Shown here: piece after piece, positions 1-8,354 of the stretch
Position numbering within the stretch: position 1 is the stretch's first letter
Layout of the letters: the number at the start of each line of letters is the position of its first letter
Source of the DNA: a virus
Taxonomy: Duplodnaviria > Heunggongvirae > Uroviricota > Caudoviricetes
Virus record (IMG/VR): IMGVR_UViG_3300020160_002689
Location: 1-20,133 of that record
Length of the DNA stretch: 20,133 bases
Reading direction: 5' to 3' (one strand)
Program-made: the position numbers and the translations under genes
Notes under the pieces: generated by a model
Databases searched by the model: none
The model's input: only the letters and a program-made list of their open reading frames with translations
Told to the model about the DNA's origin: nothing

Positions 1-30
1 TTATACAATACTCTAATTTTATTTGTAATC

Positions 31-62
31 AAAAAAGCCTGTTAGAAAACTAACAGGCTTTT
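31..62 (-). terminator. Intrinsic terminator downstream of leader ORF 88-186 (candidate attenuator terminator)
   Basis: Minus strand AAAAGCCTGTTAG-TTTT-CTAACAGGC-TTTTTT: perfect hairpin followed by a U-tract. Confidence 0.85.
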
Positions 63-87
63 ATATTTTTATTAATACTTTTATATA

Positions 88-186
88 TTAACTTAATGTA
101 AAGACATAGTTAGTTTGGTTCGTAAAACAATCCTGATCCTGCATCGGCTGCGGCATAACTACTATATTTTTATTTACATTTTTCAT
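88..186 (-). CDS. Putative leader peptide, 32 aa (MKNVNKNIVVMPQPMQDQDCFTNQTNYVFTLS)
   Basis: Hand-translated ATG(186) to TAA(88). Upstream promoter block and downstream terminator match the leaders at 8588-8677 and 9715-9816. Contains a GC-rich codon run CCG CAG CCG ATG CAG GAT CAG GAT. Confidence 0.7.
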   Translation of the reverse strand: MKNVNKNIVVMPQPMQDQDCFTNQTNYVFTLS

Positions 187-191
187 AATAC

Positions 192-250
192 TATATATTA
201 ACTTTTTATTGTTCCTTTTTGTTTTTTTCTATTTTTATACTACAAAAGTA
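192..250 (-). promoter_or_regulatory. Tandem promoters: Bacteroidota-type -7 box TACTTTTG (243-250) and TTAATATATA motif (192-201)
   Basis: Block closely repeated at 8683-8752 and 9822-9881; TAnnTTTG is the known Bacteroidota housekeeping -7 consensus. Confidence 0.7.
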
Positions 251-275
251 ATATAAAGTTTTCAATCAACCTAAT

Positions 276-437
276 TTATTCTTTAAATTTTTTAAAATTT
301 TTTATTTTTTTTGTCTTTTCCTCAAAATTTAACTGATTTCTAAGGTTATTAATAGTTGCATAACTTGCACCAGTCATTAAAGTAATACTTGTATTACTTT
401 CACCTTGTTTTATTAATCTTTTGATTTGTTCATTCAT
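276..437 (-). CDS. Small putative helix-turn-helix protein, 53 aa (not in ORF track)
   Basis: Hand translation MNEQIKRLIKQGESNTSITLMTGASYATINNLRNQLNFEEKTKKIKNFKKFKE; HTH-like pattern; TATCTTTG box at 442-449 ends 4 nt before the ATG. Confidence 0.6.
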   Translation of the reverse strand: MNEQIKRLIKQGESNTSITLMTGASYATINNLRNQLNFEEKTKKIKNFKKFKE

Positions 438-474
438 TTGACAAAGATACAACTTATTTTTAAATCACCAAACT

Positions 475-1419
475 TTAATTTAAGATTGATTCATTTTTAT
501 AATTATGATTTAAGGTAATTCTCAAGAAAGTTCTACGTTTACCTTTACTAATAAGTAAAGTTTCATGAGGTGTATTACTTGACATAAAATATAATTGATT
601 CTTTTCAAATATAACTTTTCTATCATCAGTTAATTGGTCTTCCATTTCAGTAAAAGCTCCTTCTCCTAAAATCTCACCATAGAACTCACCATCCCAAGCT
701 TGACATCCAACTTCTGTTGATACAGTTAAGATACCACCTTTACTTTCTGATACATAGTCTGCAATTGGAATAATAATATCTTTATATGGTAATACCCAGT
801 CCATTTTAACATGTGAGTTATCTGCTTTTTCTTCATATTTATCAGTATAACTAAATCTTGCACCACCCCAAGTAGCACCACCCCAGGATGATTTTAAATG
901 CTTGTCAGTTTTATATTCTGCACCACCCCAACTTGGTAAAGGTTCTGCACCACCCCAAGAAGCTTTAAATTCATCTTCATATTCATCAACATCATCAAAG
1001 AAATCAGGATCTAATACATCTTCAATAGTTGTCTCATTAATTTTTCTAAACTTAGGATCCACACAGAAGTTACCATCAATGTGTACTCCTTCTCTTCTTA
1101 GAAATTCATCTGTAGTGAAGAATTTTGTATCTATTGTAATATAGTGTTTGTTTGCACCTTCTTGTAAAGGAATTTTTTTAAGAACATCATTAAATGATTG
1201 TTCCCATATTTTAAATCCTTCTGGTAGAGAAACCCATTCTCCAGTATTTTCAAATGGCATTACACTTAATTTTAAATCACCAAACTCAGGGTCTGGAAGT
1301 TGAACTTCTCCTAATTGTTTAACATGAGTCTTATGAAAGTTAACATTCTCAATTAACTTAATGGTTGGTTTACTTTCTAAACTTGCTTTAAATTTTTCAC
1401 TATTCTTTAAGTATTTCAT
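475..1419 (-). CDS. Putative 2OG-Fe(II) dioxygenase-like protein with acidic/WGG-repeat insertion
   Basis: HxD (REGVHIDG), distal His (NTPHET) and C-terminal RTFLRIT strand, as in the double-stranded beta-helix oxygenase fold. Confidence 0.6.
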   Translation of the reverse strand: MKYLKNSEKFKASLESKPTIKLIENVNFHKTHVKQLGEVQLPDPEFGDLKLSVMPFENTGEWVSLPEGFKIWEQSFNDVLKKIPLQEGANKHYITIDTKFFTTDEFLRREGVHIDGNFCVDPKFRKINETTIEDVLDPDFFDDVDEYEDEFKASWGGAEPLPSWGGAEYKTDKHLKSSWGGATWGGARFSYTDKYEEKADNSHVKMDWVLPYKDIIIPIADYVSESKGGILTVSTEVGCQAWDGEFYGEILGEGAFTEMEDQLTDDRKVIFEKNQLYFMSSNTPHETLLISKGKRRTFLRITLNHNYKNESILN

Positions 1420-1436
1420 ACTATTACTTTATTTTA

Positions 1437-1679
1437 TTATACTAAACAAGCATCTATATCAATTGTTTGTTGTTCAGTTAAACCTTCTGAGAACCAATCT
1501 TTGTCTAACATAATTCTTAAATGTTCTACATTTCTATTTAATCGGTCTTGTTCTTCTTCTGTTAAAGAGGGTTGTGATTTCAATTCATTAATTAAATTAA
1601 CAGAATCAAATGCAGCAGATATAGATCTTTGTAATTGTTCAGTGGTTTCTTCTTCTGGACTAAGTGGTTGTAATTTCAT
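1437..1679 (-). CDS. Hypothetical phage protein
   Basis: 80-aa ORF in the minus-strand gene run; SAAFDSV...RNVEHL motif recalled from small phage proteins. Confidence 0.65.
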   Translation of the reverse strand: MKLQPLSPEEETTEQLQRSISAAFDSVNLINELKSQPSLTEEEQDRLNRNVEHLRIMLDKDWFSEGLTEQQTIDIDACLV

Positions 1680-1684
1680 AATAA

Positions 1685-2245
1685 TTATTTATTTTTTCTT
1701 TTTATTCTAAATGATTGATATGATTGTATATATTTAATATTTTCAACATAAGTATAACTATCTTTATATTTATCAATAAATGTAAAATCTTTAGAGTCTA
1801 ATTGAAATCCAAATCTATTAAAAAATTCAACTAATTCTCTAATAGTTTCATCCTCAAATCCAAATTCTGTTTCTTTATCAAATTTAGATCCAAATCCATT
1901 ATAATGTGTAACATTAACCTCACCTGGCATTGATATTGTAAATGCAGAGACCATTGAATCTCCATATGTTATATCAATATTAAGTTTAAGATTATCTGGA
2001 TTTGCATCAGTGCCATCATTTGTTTTAACCATATGAATATCAAATTCTATAGTATCTGGTTCACCATCATCATTTACATCATTTGGACCTTCAAATGTTT
2101 TTTGATACCAAATAGCTTGTATCAAATCACCATTTATAGTTAAATCTGTTTGATTCAACTCAAAGTCACCATTATCAGTAACTAGTTTTAATTTCTGTGG
2201 TAAATATTTTCTCCAATATTCTTTATCAAAAATTGATATAGCCAT
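1685..2245 (-). CDS. Hypothetical protein (likely start MAISIFDK at 2245 rather than 2323)
   Basis: Long ORF; TTTATATATA motif variant at about 2264-2273 lies upstream of ATG 2245; the 2323 start would overlap the upstream gene. Confidence 0.7.
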   Translation of the reverse strand: MAISIFDKEYWRKYLPQKLKLVTDNGDFELNQTDLTINGDLIQAIWYQKTFEGPNDVNDDGEPDTIEFDIHMVKTNDGTDANPDNLKLNIDITYGDSMVSAFTISMPGEVNVTHYNGFGSKFDKETEFGFEDETIRELVEFFNRFGFQLDSKDFTFIDKYKDSYTYVENIKYIQSYQSFRIKRKNK

Positions 2246-2306
2246 TATTATATTTCTTTTATGTATATATAAAAAAATAAAGTCAAGATTTCTCTTGACT
2301 TCACTT

Positions 2307-3566
2307 TTAGTATAATAATTCACTTTCTATATAAACATCATAATCTTCTAATACATCTAAATCTTTAAAATCTAAATCTGGAAGATACTCAATTATATCA
2401 TTTCTATCACATTTTGTCTTATGACCACCATTTTTAGTTGTATAGAAAACATTTAGATTAAATCCATTCCATTCAATTCTTGAATAATGTACTTCTAATG
2501 AAGTTAACAATTCTTCAATCTTTCTTTTCTCATATTGAACTCTTTTCTCATGTAAATCTACTGCAACTATTTTAGTTGTTGTATGATTAATATCTATATA
2601 AGAAACATAATTAAATGGTTTATCATGAATATAGTTTCTTTTAATTTCAGGTTTTGATTGTAATGAACCATAAGCATAAGTCTTATCAAGATTTTTTGCT
2701 TGGTAGTTTGCCAATGCTGCAATGTTCTCTTTTTTACCAGAGTAATTACCTGTATTGAATCTACTATCATAGTATTCATCATCCCAACCTGCACCCCATC
2801 CATAAGATGTACCACCATACCAATCATCATACTCAACTTTTGAAGGATCTCTATCAACAGGTAATTCATTCCAACTAACAGTCAAACAAGCAACTGCAAG
2901 TTTTCTTAAATGTTCAATATCTTGTCTTTCAGAGAAAGTATGTTCAGAGTAATAACCTACAGAAATGTTTGTACACTCTGGATAGATACTTGTAAATTGA
3001 ATAGAGTCTGTTAAAACACCATTCTTATCTAATTTATAATCAAATGTTTTGTTAATTAAGTTTAATTCATCAGCAAGAGCTTGACCAAATTTATCTGAAC
3101 AAGAACGTTTAGAACTTTGAAATGTAATAATTGAATCTGTACCTCTTCTATCAAATGATATAACTTTGTTTATACCTGGTATTTTTTCTACTTTTTGTAC
3201 ACCTGCTACTTTTTTAGAACCTATACAACCTACTTCTTCACCTAAGAAAAAGTAATAAAGACCTGGTACATTATGTTCAATCATATACAACATAATTGTA
3301 ACACCTGCTTTATCATCTGCACCTAATATAGATTTACCATCAGTTTTGATAATGTTTTTTTGAAAGATATGGTTAACCTTACAAAGTGCTTTAGTTGCAG
3401 TATCTAAGTGAGAAGTAAACATAGCATCACTCTCACCAATCTTGATAAATAAGTTACCAAACTCATCTTCTTTCAAATCTTTGTTAAGAAGGTGGAATAG
3501 CTCTCTCTCAGTACCATGAGGGTAAGTTCTACTTGTTAATTCTAAAAACTTTTTTGTAATATTCAT
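2307..3566 (-). CDS. Zinc metallopeptidase, M28/M20 clan
   Basis: SHLDT, GADDKAG, GEEVG, FDRRG, TDS and distal EH metal-ligand motifs; TATCTTTG promoter box at 3593-3600. Confidence 0.85.
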   Translation of the reverse strand: MNITKKFLELTSRTYPHGTERELFHLLNKDLKEDEFGNLFIKIGESDAMFTSHLDTATKALCKVNHIFQKNIIKTDGKSILGADDKAGVTIMLYMIEHNVPGLYYFFLGEEVGCIGSKKVAGVQKVEKIPGINKVISFDRRGTDSIITFQSSKRSCSDKFGQALADELNLINKTFDYKLDKNGVLTDSIQFTSIYPECTNISVGYYSEHTFSERQDIEHLRKLAVACLTVSWNELPVDRDPSKVEYDDWYGGTSYGWGAGWDDEYYDSRFNTGNYSGKKENIAALANYQAKNLDKTYAYGSLQSKPEIKRNYIHDKPFNYVSYIDINHTTTKIVAVDLHEKRVQYEKRKIEELLTSLEVHYSRIEWNGFNLNVFYTTKNGGHKTKCDRNDIIEYLPDLDFKDLDVLEDYDVYIESELLY

Positions 3567-3653
3567 TTTGCTTTTTTTTGCTCTATTAAATACAAAGATA
3601 TAACTTTTTTTGATTTAATCAAAAGAATAACTAATTATTTTAATATATATCTT

Positions 3654-5897
3654 ATGTTTACAATAAATTCAAATTCTTTAGATGGTACAATAACCATATC
3701 AGACAAATTTAATATATCTGCCACTGCATCTGATGTAGATGCAACTCCATATCTTAATGAAATAGATTCTGAATATATTCTTAGTTTTGGTAACTTAGAA
3801 GGTGTTAGTAAATTTACCAAATTTATTTATGATACACTAGGAATGACTGATACAAGATATTTAGTTCAATATTATAGACTATCAAGAGATGGTGAGAGAT
3901 GGACTGATTGGTATGATCTTAAAAAGAATATTGATAACTTTCCTACTATTGATCCAAAAGATAAACTAAACATTGATATTAAATGGGTAAGAAAAGGAAC
4001 TAATAAAATTGGTTCTATTAGAATATTGGAATATTCATTAGAAGGCATTATTGAAACAACATCTGTAATAGATGATGGTTCGACTGCTGTAATTGATGCA
4101 GGTGAGACCCAAATTATAAAACCACCTTACATCTTCAAAGTTTTTAGAATTGATGATGTAGAGATTATATCATCTACTGGTGTACCTGATGATTCTCTGA
4201 AATACAGATACTCTCAAGATAATGCAAGAACTTGGTCTAATTGGGAAGTTTTAACTAAAGAAAATATTAAAACTAAAAGATTTACTCCAGTAAGATTCTT
4301 CCAAGTTGAATACTCAATAGAAAATACATCAGGTTCTCAAATAAGAGTTCAGGATATTAATCTTATTGGTAACTTTCAAAATGTAACATTAGATTCTCAA
4401 AAAAGTAACTTATATGGGATAAGAGAATGTTGTCAATCTAATATAAATGGTGCTTATGATGCAAATGGTAATTTCATACCTAATACTAACTTAAACTCAA
4501 GTAGTTCAAGTTCTGGTGCAGCAGGTGGTGGAAATTGTGCAACACCAGCCACTTATAAACCAATGACTGCTGACCAACAAGCACTTCTTTATAATCCATA
4601 TAATCAAAATACTGCAGTTAATCTTCTTAATCAATTAAGTAATGATGCTCAGTTAATGTTTGGACATCAAGTTATTTATTTTGCAACAGACCCAGATAAA
4701 AATGGTTATGACTATTCATTACATGAATACTCTTTATATAATATAGTTTGTCAAGGTGACCTTAGAATATCAGTTGAGAATAATAATTTTCCTGATAGTC
4801 AAGTAGTAATGAATCAGTTTGATTTGAACTTATTCTCAACAATGGAAGTTCATGTTACTAAAGAACAATTCAAACAAATATTTGGTGTTCAAAGAAGACC
4901 AAGCAAAGAAGACTTTTTATACTTCTGTAATCTAAATAGAATGTATATTGTTGATCATGCTCAACAATTCAGAAGTTTCAACAACTCTGCAGTTTATTAT
5001 AAATTGATATTGAAAAAATACAACCAAAAAGCAAATATTCAATCTGGTACAACTGAAATTAAAAACCAAATGGATATGCTTACACAGAACTCAACTATTG
5101 ATTCATTATTTGGAGTTGAAATAGCACAAGATAAAGCAAGTATTGCCAATAAAGACCAATTCAAACCTTTAACTAAAGATCCTATCAGATTAAAATATCT
5201 TGCCACAATAGATAAAGAGTTAATTGAAAATTCTTCTACTGTAATATCTAAATCTCACTATGATTTATCATCTGTTGATTTTGGAACACCTGCAGTTGAA
5301 TATTTCAATTTAGATCCTTTATTAGAAGTATCTGATAATATTGGTTTCACTATATGGTTTAGTATTAATAATTATATATTAGATGAATATTATAATATGT
5401 TTGACTATTATGATAATCCAAATAGTTTAGGTTGGTCTGTTAACTTACAGAATGATAAAATTATAGTAATGTTAAATGAAAATCAATATGACTTTGACTT
5501 TGGTACAGGTGATGTAATTGAGTTAGAAGAAGAAACTTGGTATTGTTATGTACTTAATGTAGACCAAAGAAACAGAACAATTTCACAATATATCTATAAG
5601 AGAAATGTTGAATTTGAAGATGATGCTGCTAGATTAACAAGTACAGTATTAAAGAAAGTTCACTCTAATGAACAAGTTATTGAACCTGTTAATTATCAAC
5701 TTGAAGGAGTTGACCCTGTTATATTAGGTTCTGATATGAAGTTAACAAATGTTAGATTATTCCTTGATGTAATTCCAGAAGATACACATAATAAGATACT
5801 TAACCAATATGTAATTAGAGAAGACTCTAAATATCTTGTATTTGCAGATAATGCAAATACAAGATTATACTTACCAAATTTTCCTTTATTTGAATAA
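3654..5897 (+). CDS. Virion structural protein: T4 gp14-like neck/head-closure domain plus C-terminal LamG-like domain
   Basis: Central FGHQVIYF...EVHVTKEQF...RPSKEDFLYF...YKLILKKY resembles the gp14 family; C-terminal FTIWF...WYCYVLNV is LamG-like; TTAATATATA at 3640-3649. Confidence 0.65.
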   Translation: MFTINSNSLDGTITISDKFNISATASDVDATPYLNEIDSEYILSFGNLEGVSKFTKFIYDTLGMTDTRYLVQYYRLSRDGERWTDWYDLKKNIDNFPTIDPKDKLNIDIKWVRKGTNKIGSIRILEYSLEGIIETTSVIDDGSTAVIDAGETQIIKPPYIFKVFRIDDVEIISSTGVPDDSLKYRYSQDNARTWSNWEVLTKENIKTKRFTPVRFFQVEYSIENTSGSQIRVQDINLIGNFQNVTLDSQKSNLYGIRECCQSNINGAYDANGNFIPNTNLNSSSSSSGAAGGGNCATPATYKPMTADQQALLYNPYNQNTAVNLLNQLSNDAQLMFGHQVIYFATDPDKNGYDYSLHEYSLYNIVCQGDLRISVENNNFPDSQVVMNQFDLNLFSTMEVHVTKEQFKQIFGVQRRPSKEDFLYFCNLNRMYIVDHAQQFRSFNNSAVYYKLILKKYNQKANIQSGTTEIKNQMDMLTQNSTIDSLFGVEIAQDKASIANKDQFKPLTKDPIRLKYLATIDKELIENSSTVISKSHYDLSSVDFGTPAVEYFNLDPLLEVSDNIGFTIWFSINNYILDEYYNMFDYYDNPNSLGWSVNLQNDKIIVMLNENQYDFDFGTGDVIELEEETWYCYVLNVDQRNRTISQYIYKRNVEFEDDAARLTSTVLKKVHSNEQVIEPVNYQLEGVDPVILGSDMKLTNVRLFLDVIPEDTHNKILNQYVIREDSKYLVFADNANTRLYLPNFPLFE

Positions 5898-6277
5898 TGA
5901 GAGTAGTTAAAACATTTGAAGATTGGAGTAGTCAAAGTTTTGGATTTCAATATAAGCCATATAATGATAAGATAGAAGAAGACTTAAATGGACTTCTTGT
6001 TGAAGTTATGGATATGGGAATTGATATAAAGATTAGTCGGATAGGTAGTAATGGATTTATGTTAGATTTTTCATCTAATAAGGGATTTGATACAGAAGTA
6101 TTAGTTGAGTATGTTTTAACTATTGAAGATTATATTGTAGATAAATATGGTAGTAAATACTCATTTGAATATAAATTGGCACCTGTAGGGGATGATAAAC
6201 CATATATTAGGCATAAAAAGCTAGAAGGTGGTATATTAGTAACTAATTTAACAATGGAAGTTATGAATAGAAAATAG
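5897..6277 (+). CDS. Hypothetical protein, coupled to the upstream structural gene
   Basis: TAATG stop/start overlap at 5897; N-terminus MRVVKTFEDW. Confidence 0.75.
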   Translation: MRVVKTFEDWSSQSFGFQYKPYNDKIEEDLNGLLVEVMDMGIDIKISRIGSNGFMLDFSSNKGFDTEVLVEYVLTIEDYIVDKYGSKYSFEYKLAPVGDDKPYIRHKKLEGGILVTNLTMEVMNRK

Positions 6278-6457
6278 TTAATATTTATTAACTTTTTCCT
6301 CATAGCCATGTCCTGTTTCAGATATGGCTATTTTGATTTCTAAACCAGTTTTATCATCTATGACAATAACTGACTTTTTATTAACTTTTATAACTTTACC
6401 AGTGTGAATGTGTTTTGTATGGGGTACATGAAACTCTATTATATTACCTACTTTCAT
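6278..6457 (-). CDS. Small SH3/KOW-like protein, 59 aa (not in ORF track)
   Basis: Hand translation MKVGNIIEFHVPHTKHIHTGKVIKVNKKSVIVIDDKTGLEIKIAISETGHGYEEKVNKY; TAATG overlap with the nucleotidase stop. Confidence 0.65.
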   Translation of the reverse strand: MKVGNIIEFHVPHTKHIHTGKVIKVNKKSVIVIDDKTGLEIKIAISETGHGYEEKVNKY

Positions 6458-6897
6458 TACTTTATCAAATAATCAGTTATTGATTTCCAATCAGGGAATT
6501 TTTCTTTACCAAAGTGTAACCACTCACCTTCAAACTCAGGTTGACCAGCTTTATTATCATCATCAATTAATAAATCACCTTTTAATAATGATTTATCACC
6601 TGCCATAATAGTTTTTTGTACAACATCATATCCTAAGTAATCCCAAACCCATTGAGCTTTCTCAGTTAATGAATTAACATTTCTAAATGATGGTCTTGTT
6701 AAAATCCAAACATCGTAATGTTCTTTAAGTAAATTAAATGCTTCTATTGCTCCTTCCATTGGTTCAAGTTTTAGGAAGAATCCCCATCTAGATTGTGGGT
6801 ATTTTTGACTTGGTGTTTCTAATAAGTCTTTCTCAAATGCTCCTCTGAAATTACAAAGGACACCATCCATATCTATGTATAATCTTTTCTTTTTCAT
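6457..6897 (-). CDS. 5'(3')-deoxyribonucleotidase, HAD superfamily (NT5C type)
   Basis: YIDMDGV motif I, ILTRP motif II, K...GDLLIDD motifs III/IV; TATCTTTG box at 6921-6928. Confidence 0.9.
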   Translation of the reverse strand: MKKKRLYIDMDGVLCNFRGAFEKDLLETPSQKYPQSRWGFFLKLEPMEGAIEAFNLLKEHYDVWILTRPSFRNVNSLTEKAQWVWDYLGYDVVQKTIMAGDKSLLKGDLLIDDDNKAGQPEFEGEWLHFGKEKFPDWKSITDYLIK

Positions 6898-6935
6898 AAT
6901 TATTATATTAAATTATTTTACAAAGATACAAAAAT

Positions 6936-6969
6936 AAAAAGACATTATCAAATTAGATAATGTCTTTTT
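6936..6969 (-). terminator. Intrinsic terminator closing tRNA array A
   Basis: AAAAAGACATTATC-TAATTT-GATAATGTCTTTTT hairpin immediately after the last tRNA. Confidence 0.85.
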
Positions 6970-6973
6970 GTTG

Positions 6974-7054
6974 AGCTAGTGACAGGATTTGAACCTGCGA
7001 CGTTGGAGTTCCTACTTACAAGGTAGGTGCAATCGACCACTATGCGACACCAGC
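6974..7054 (-). tRNA. trnT: tRNA-Thr(TGT), extended variable region
   Basis: GCTGGTG/CACTAGC acceptor; CCTAC-CTTGTAA-GTAGG anticodon arm; 12-nt variable region; GCAGG-TTCAAAT-CCTGT T arm. Confidence 0.9.
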
Positions 7055-7062
7055 ATTTTATG

Positions 7063-7136
7063 AGCTTCTCATTGGATTCGAACCAATAACATCCACATTA
7101 CTAAAGTGGTACTCTGGCCAGTTGAGCTAGAGAAGC
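7063..7136 (-). tRNA. trnT: tRNA-Thr(AGT), A34
   Basis: GCTTCTC/GAGAAGC acceptor; CCACT-TTAGTAA-TGTGG anticodon arm (U31-U39 mismatch); standard T arm. Confidence 0.85.
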
Positions 7137-7145
7137 ATATTTTAG

Positions 7146-7233
7146 AGGTATAGGTAGGATTTGAACCTACGATGATGAAATTAATCATTACAGTTTTGCA
7201 GACTGCACCTTTCGACCACTCAGGCACTATACC
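7146..7233 (-). tRNA. trnC: tRNA-Cys(GCA), long variable arm
   Basis: GGTATAG/CTATACC acceptor, U73; GCAGT-CTGCAAA-ACTGT; 19-nt variable region. Confidence 0.9.
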
Positions 7234-7242
7234 ATTTTTCAG

Positions 7243-7315
7243 AGCTTCTGGACGGGCTCGAACCGACGACATCCTCATTACAAGTGAGGTGCTCTACCAA
7301 CTGAGCTACAGAAGC
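7243..7315 (-). tRNA. trnT: tRNA-Thr(TGT)
   Basis: Canonical cloverleaf; CCTCA-CTTGTAA-TGAGG. Confidence 0.95.
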
Positions 7316-7320
7316 ATTAG

Positions 7321-7391
7321 AGGTGCTGACTGAATTTGAATCAGTGTAGGAGGTTTTGCAGACCTCTGCCTAACCACTCGGCCACAGCACC
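7321..7391 (-). tRNA. trnC: tRNA-Cys(GCA)
   Basis: Canonical cloverleaf; GAGGT-CTGCAAA-ACCTC; U73. Confidence 0.95.
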
Positions 7392-7393
7392 AT

Positions 7394-7972
7394 TTATTTT
7401 ATTTCTAAAAGATTTTCATGTATTTCTCTATGACAATTTGCACATACTAAAATACACTTATCTAATTCATCTTTAATCTTATCCCAAGCTGTACACATAT
7501 TTTTTGATAGTGTAAAATCTTTTTTAGAGGGATCCAAATGGTGAAACTCTAATGCGGATACACACTTATTATATTCACATATAACACATTTACCACCTTT
7601 ATATTCTACTGCTTTTTCTTTTGTTCTTTTTCTAAATGTTTTTGTTCTTATATAGTTAGACTTTCTTCTATCATCATCACTATCAAATGTAAACTTTTTA
7701 TTCTCACCATATTTGGTAACGGTACTTCTACCTACACCAAATTCCTTCATTGTTTCCTCTATAGAATTTAGTTTATAAAATTCTTTCAATTTTTCAATTT
7801 CATCTTTATCTAACTTTTTACCAGAATTAAGACCTATATCATTTAACATTTCACTCTTACAAAAGTAAGAAATTAAACTTCTAGAACAATTTAATTCTTT
7901 TTGTATTTCTCTATAGCTTTTACCTTGTTTTCTTAGTAAAATTATATTTTCTTTTTTAGAACCTTCAACCAT
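7394..7972 (-). mobile_element. HNH homing endonuclease with N-terminal HTH, inserted in tRNA array A
   Basis: HTH (GKSYREIQKELNCSRSLISY); CxxC...LEFHHLDP...CANCHREIH; own TTAATATATA motif at 7990-7999. Confidence 0.9.
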
Positions 7973-8019
7973 AACATATCTTTTTATGATATATATTAAT
8001 TTTTTGGTTCTACCTTTTG

Positions 8020-8092
8020 TTGGTACTGTGGGTTACGATCCCACTACCTTTCGCGTATCAGGCGAATGCTCTACCGAGTGAGCTAAGTACCA
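8020..8092 (-). tRNA. trnI: tRNA-Ile(GAT)
   Basis: TGGTACT/AGTACCA acceptor; TTCGC-CTGATAC-GCGAA; atypical T-loop ATCGTAA. Confidence 0.9.
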
Positions 8093-8100
8093 ATATATTG

Positions 8101-8174
8101 TGATTCCTGTAGGATTCGAACCTACGACCTCTTGCATGTTAAACAAGCGCTCTTACCAGCTGAGCTAAGGAATC
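8101..8174 (-). tRNA. trnV: tRNA-Val(AAC), A34
   Basis: Canonical cloverleaf; CTTGT-TTAACAT-GCAAG. Confidence 0.9.
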
Positions 8175-8179
8175 TCTTG

Positions 8180-8262
8180 TAGGTCTACTCGGACTCGAAC
8201 CGAGATTATACTTCACGTCTCTTCCATGTAAAAGAAGGATGTTGCCATTACACCATAGACCT
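8180..8262 (-). tRNA. trnV: tRNA-Val(TAC), extended variable region
   Basis: AGGTCTA/TAGACCT acceptor; CTTCT-TTTACAT-GGAAG; 16-nt variable region. Confidence 0.88.
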
Positions 8263-8268
8263 ATTTAG

Positions 8269-8349
8269 TTGGCACAGAGGGATTTGAACCCACATTTTCA
8301 ACAACCATTTACAGTTCTCCAACTTATCAGGTTGGGCTGGTATGTGCCA
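8269..8349 (-). tRNA. Arm-rearranged tRNA-like RNA with Ile(GAT) anticodon arm
   Basis: Perfect 7-bp acceptor TGGCACA/TGTGCCA and a T arm; anticodon arm CCAAC-CTGATAA-GTTGG only 7 nt after the acceptor; D-loop-like TAAATGG lies 3' of it. Confidence 0.75.
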
Positions 8350-8354
8350 ATATG

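Noticed and set aside
902-1144. Plus-strand Ser/Pro-rich ORF; similar shadow ORFs at 1501, 2594, 3635, 5696, 12034, 13256, 14222, 14435, 14958, 17301 and 19552
   Set aside because: Overlap longer genes with recognisable motifs, antisense or out of frame; no motifs or promoters of their own
4490-4540. Ser/Gly low-complexity tract (NSSSSSSGAAGGGN) in the neck-like protein
   Set aside because: Ordinary interdomain linker
6302-6331. 8-bp inverted repeat ATAGCCAT/ATGGCTAT after the plus-strand operon
   Set aside because: Long loop, no adjacent U-tract, and inside the small ORF 6278-6457; weak terminator candidate
7069-7278. 69-aa minus-strand ORF in the track
   Set aside because: Runs through three tRNA genes; it is a translation of tRNA sequence
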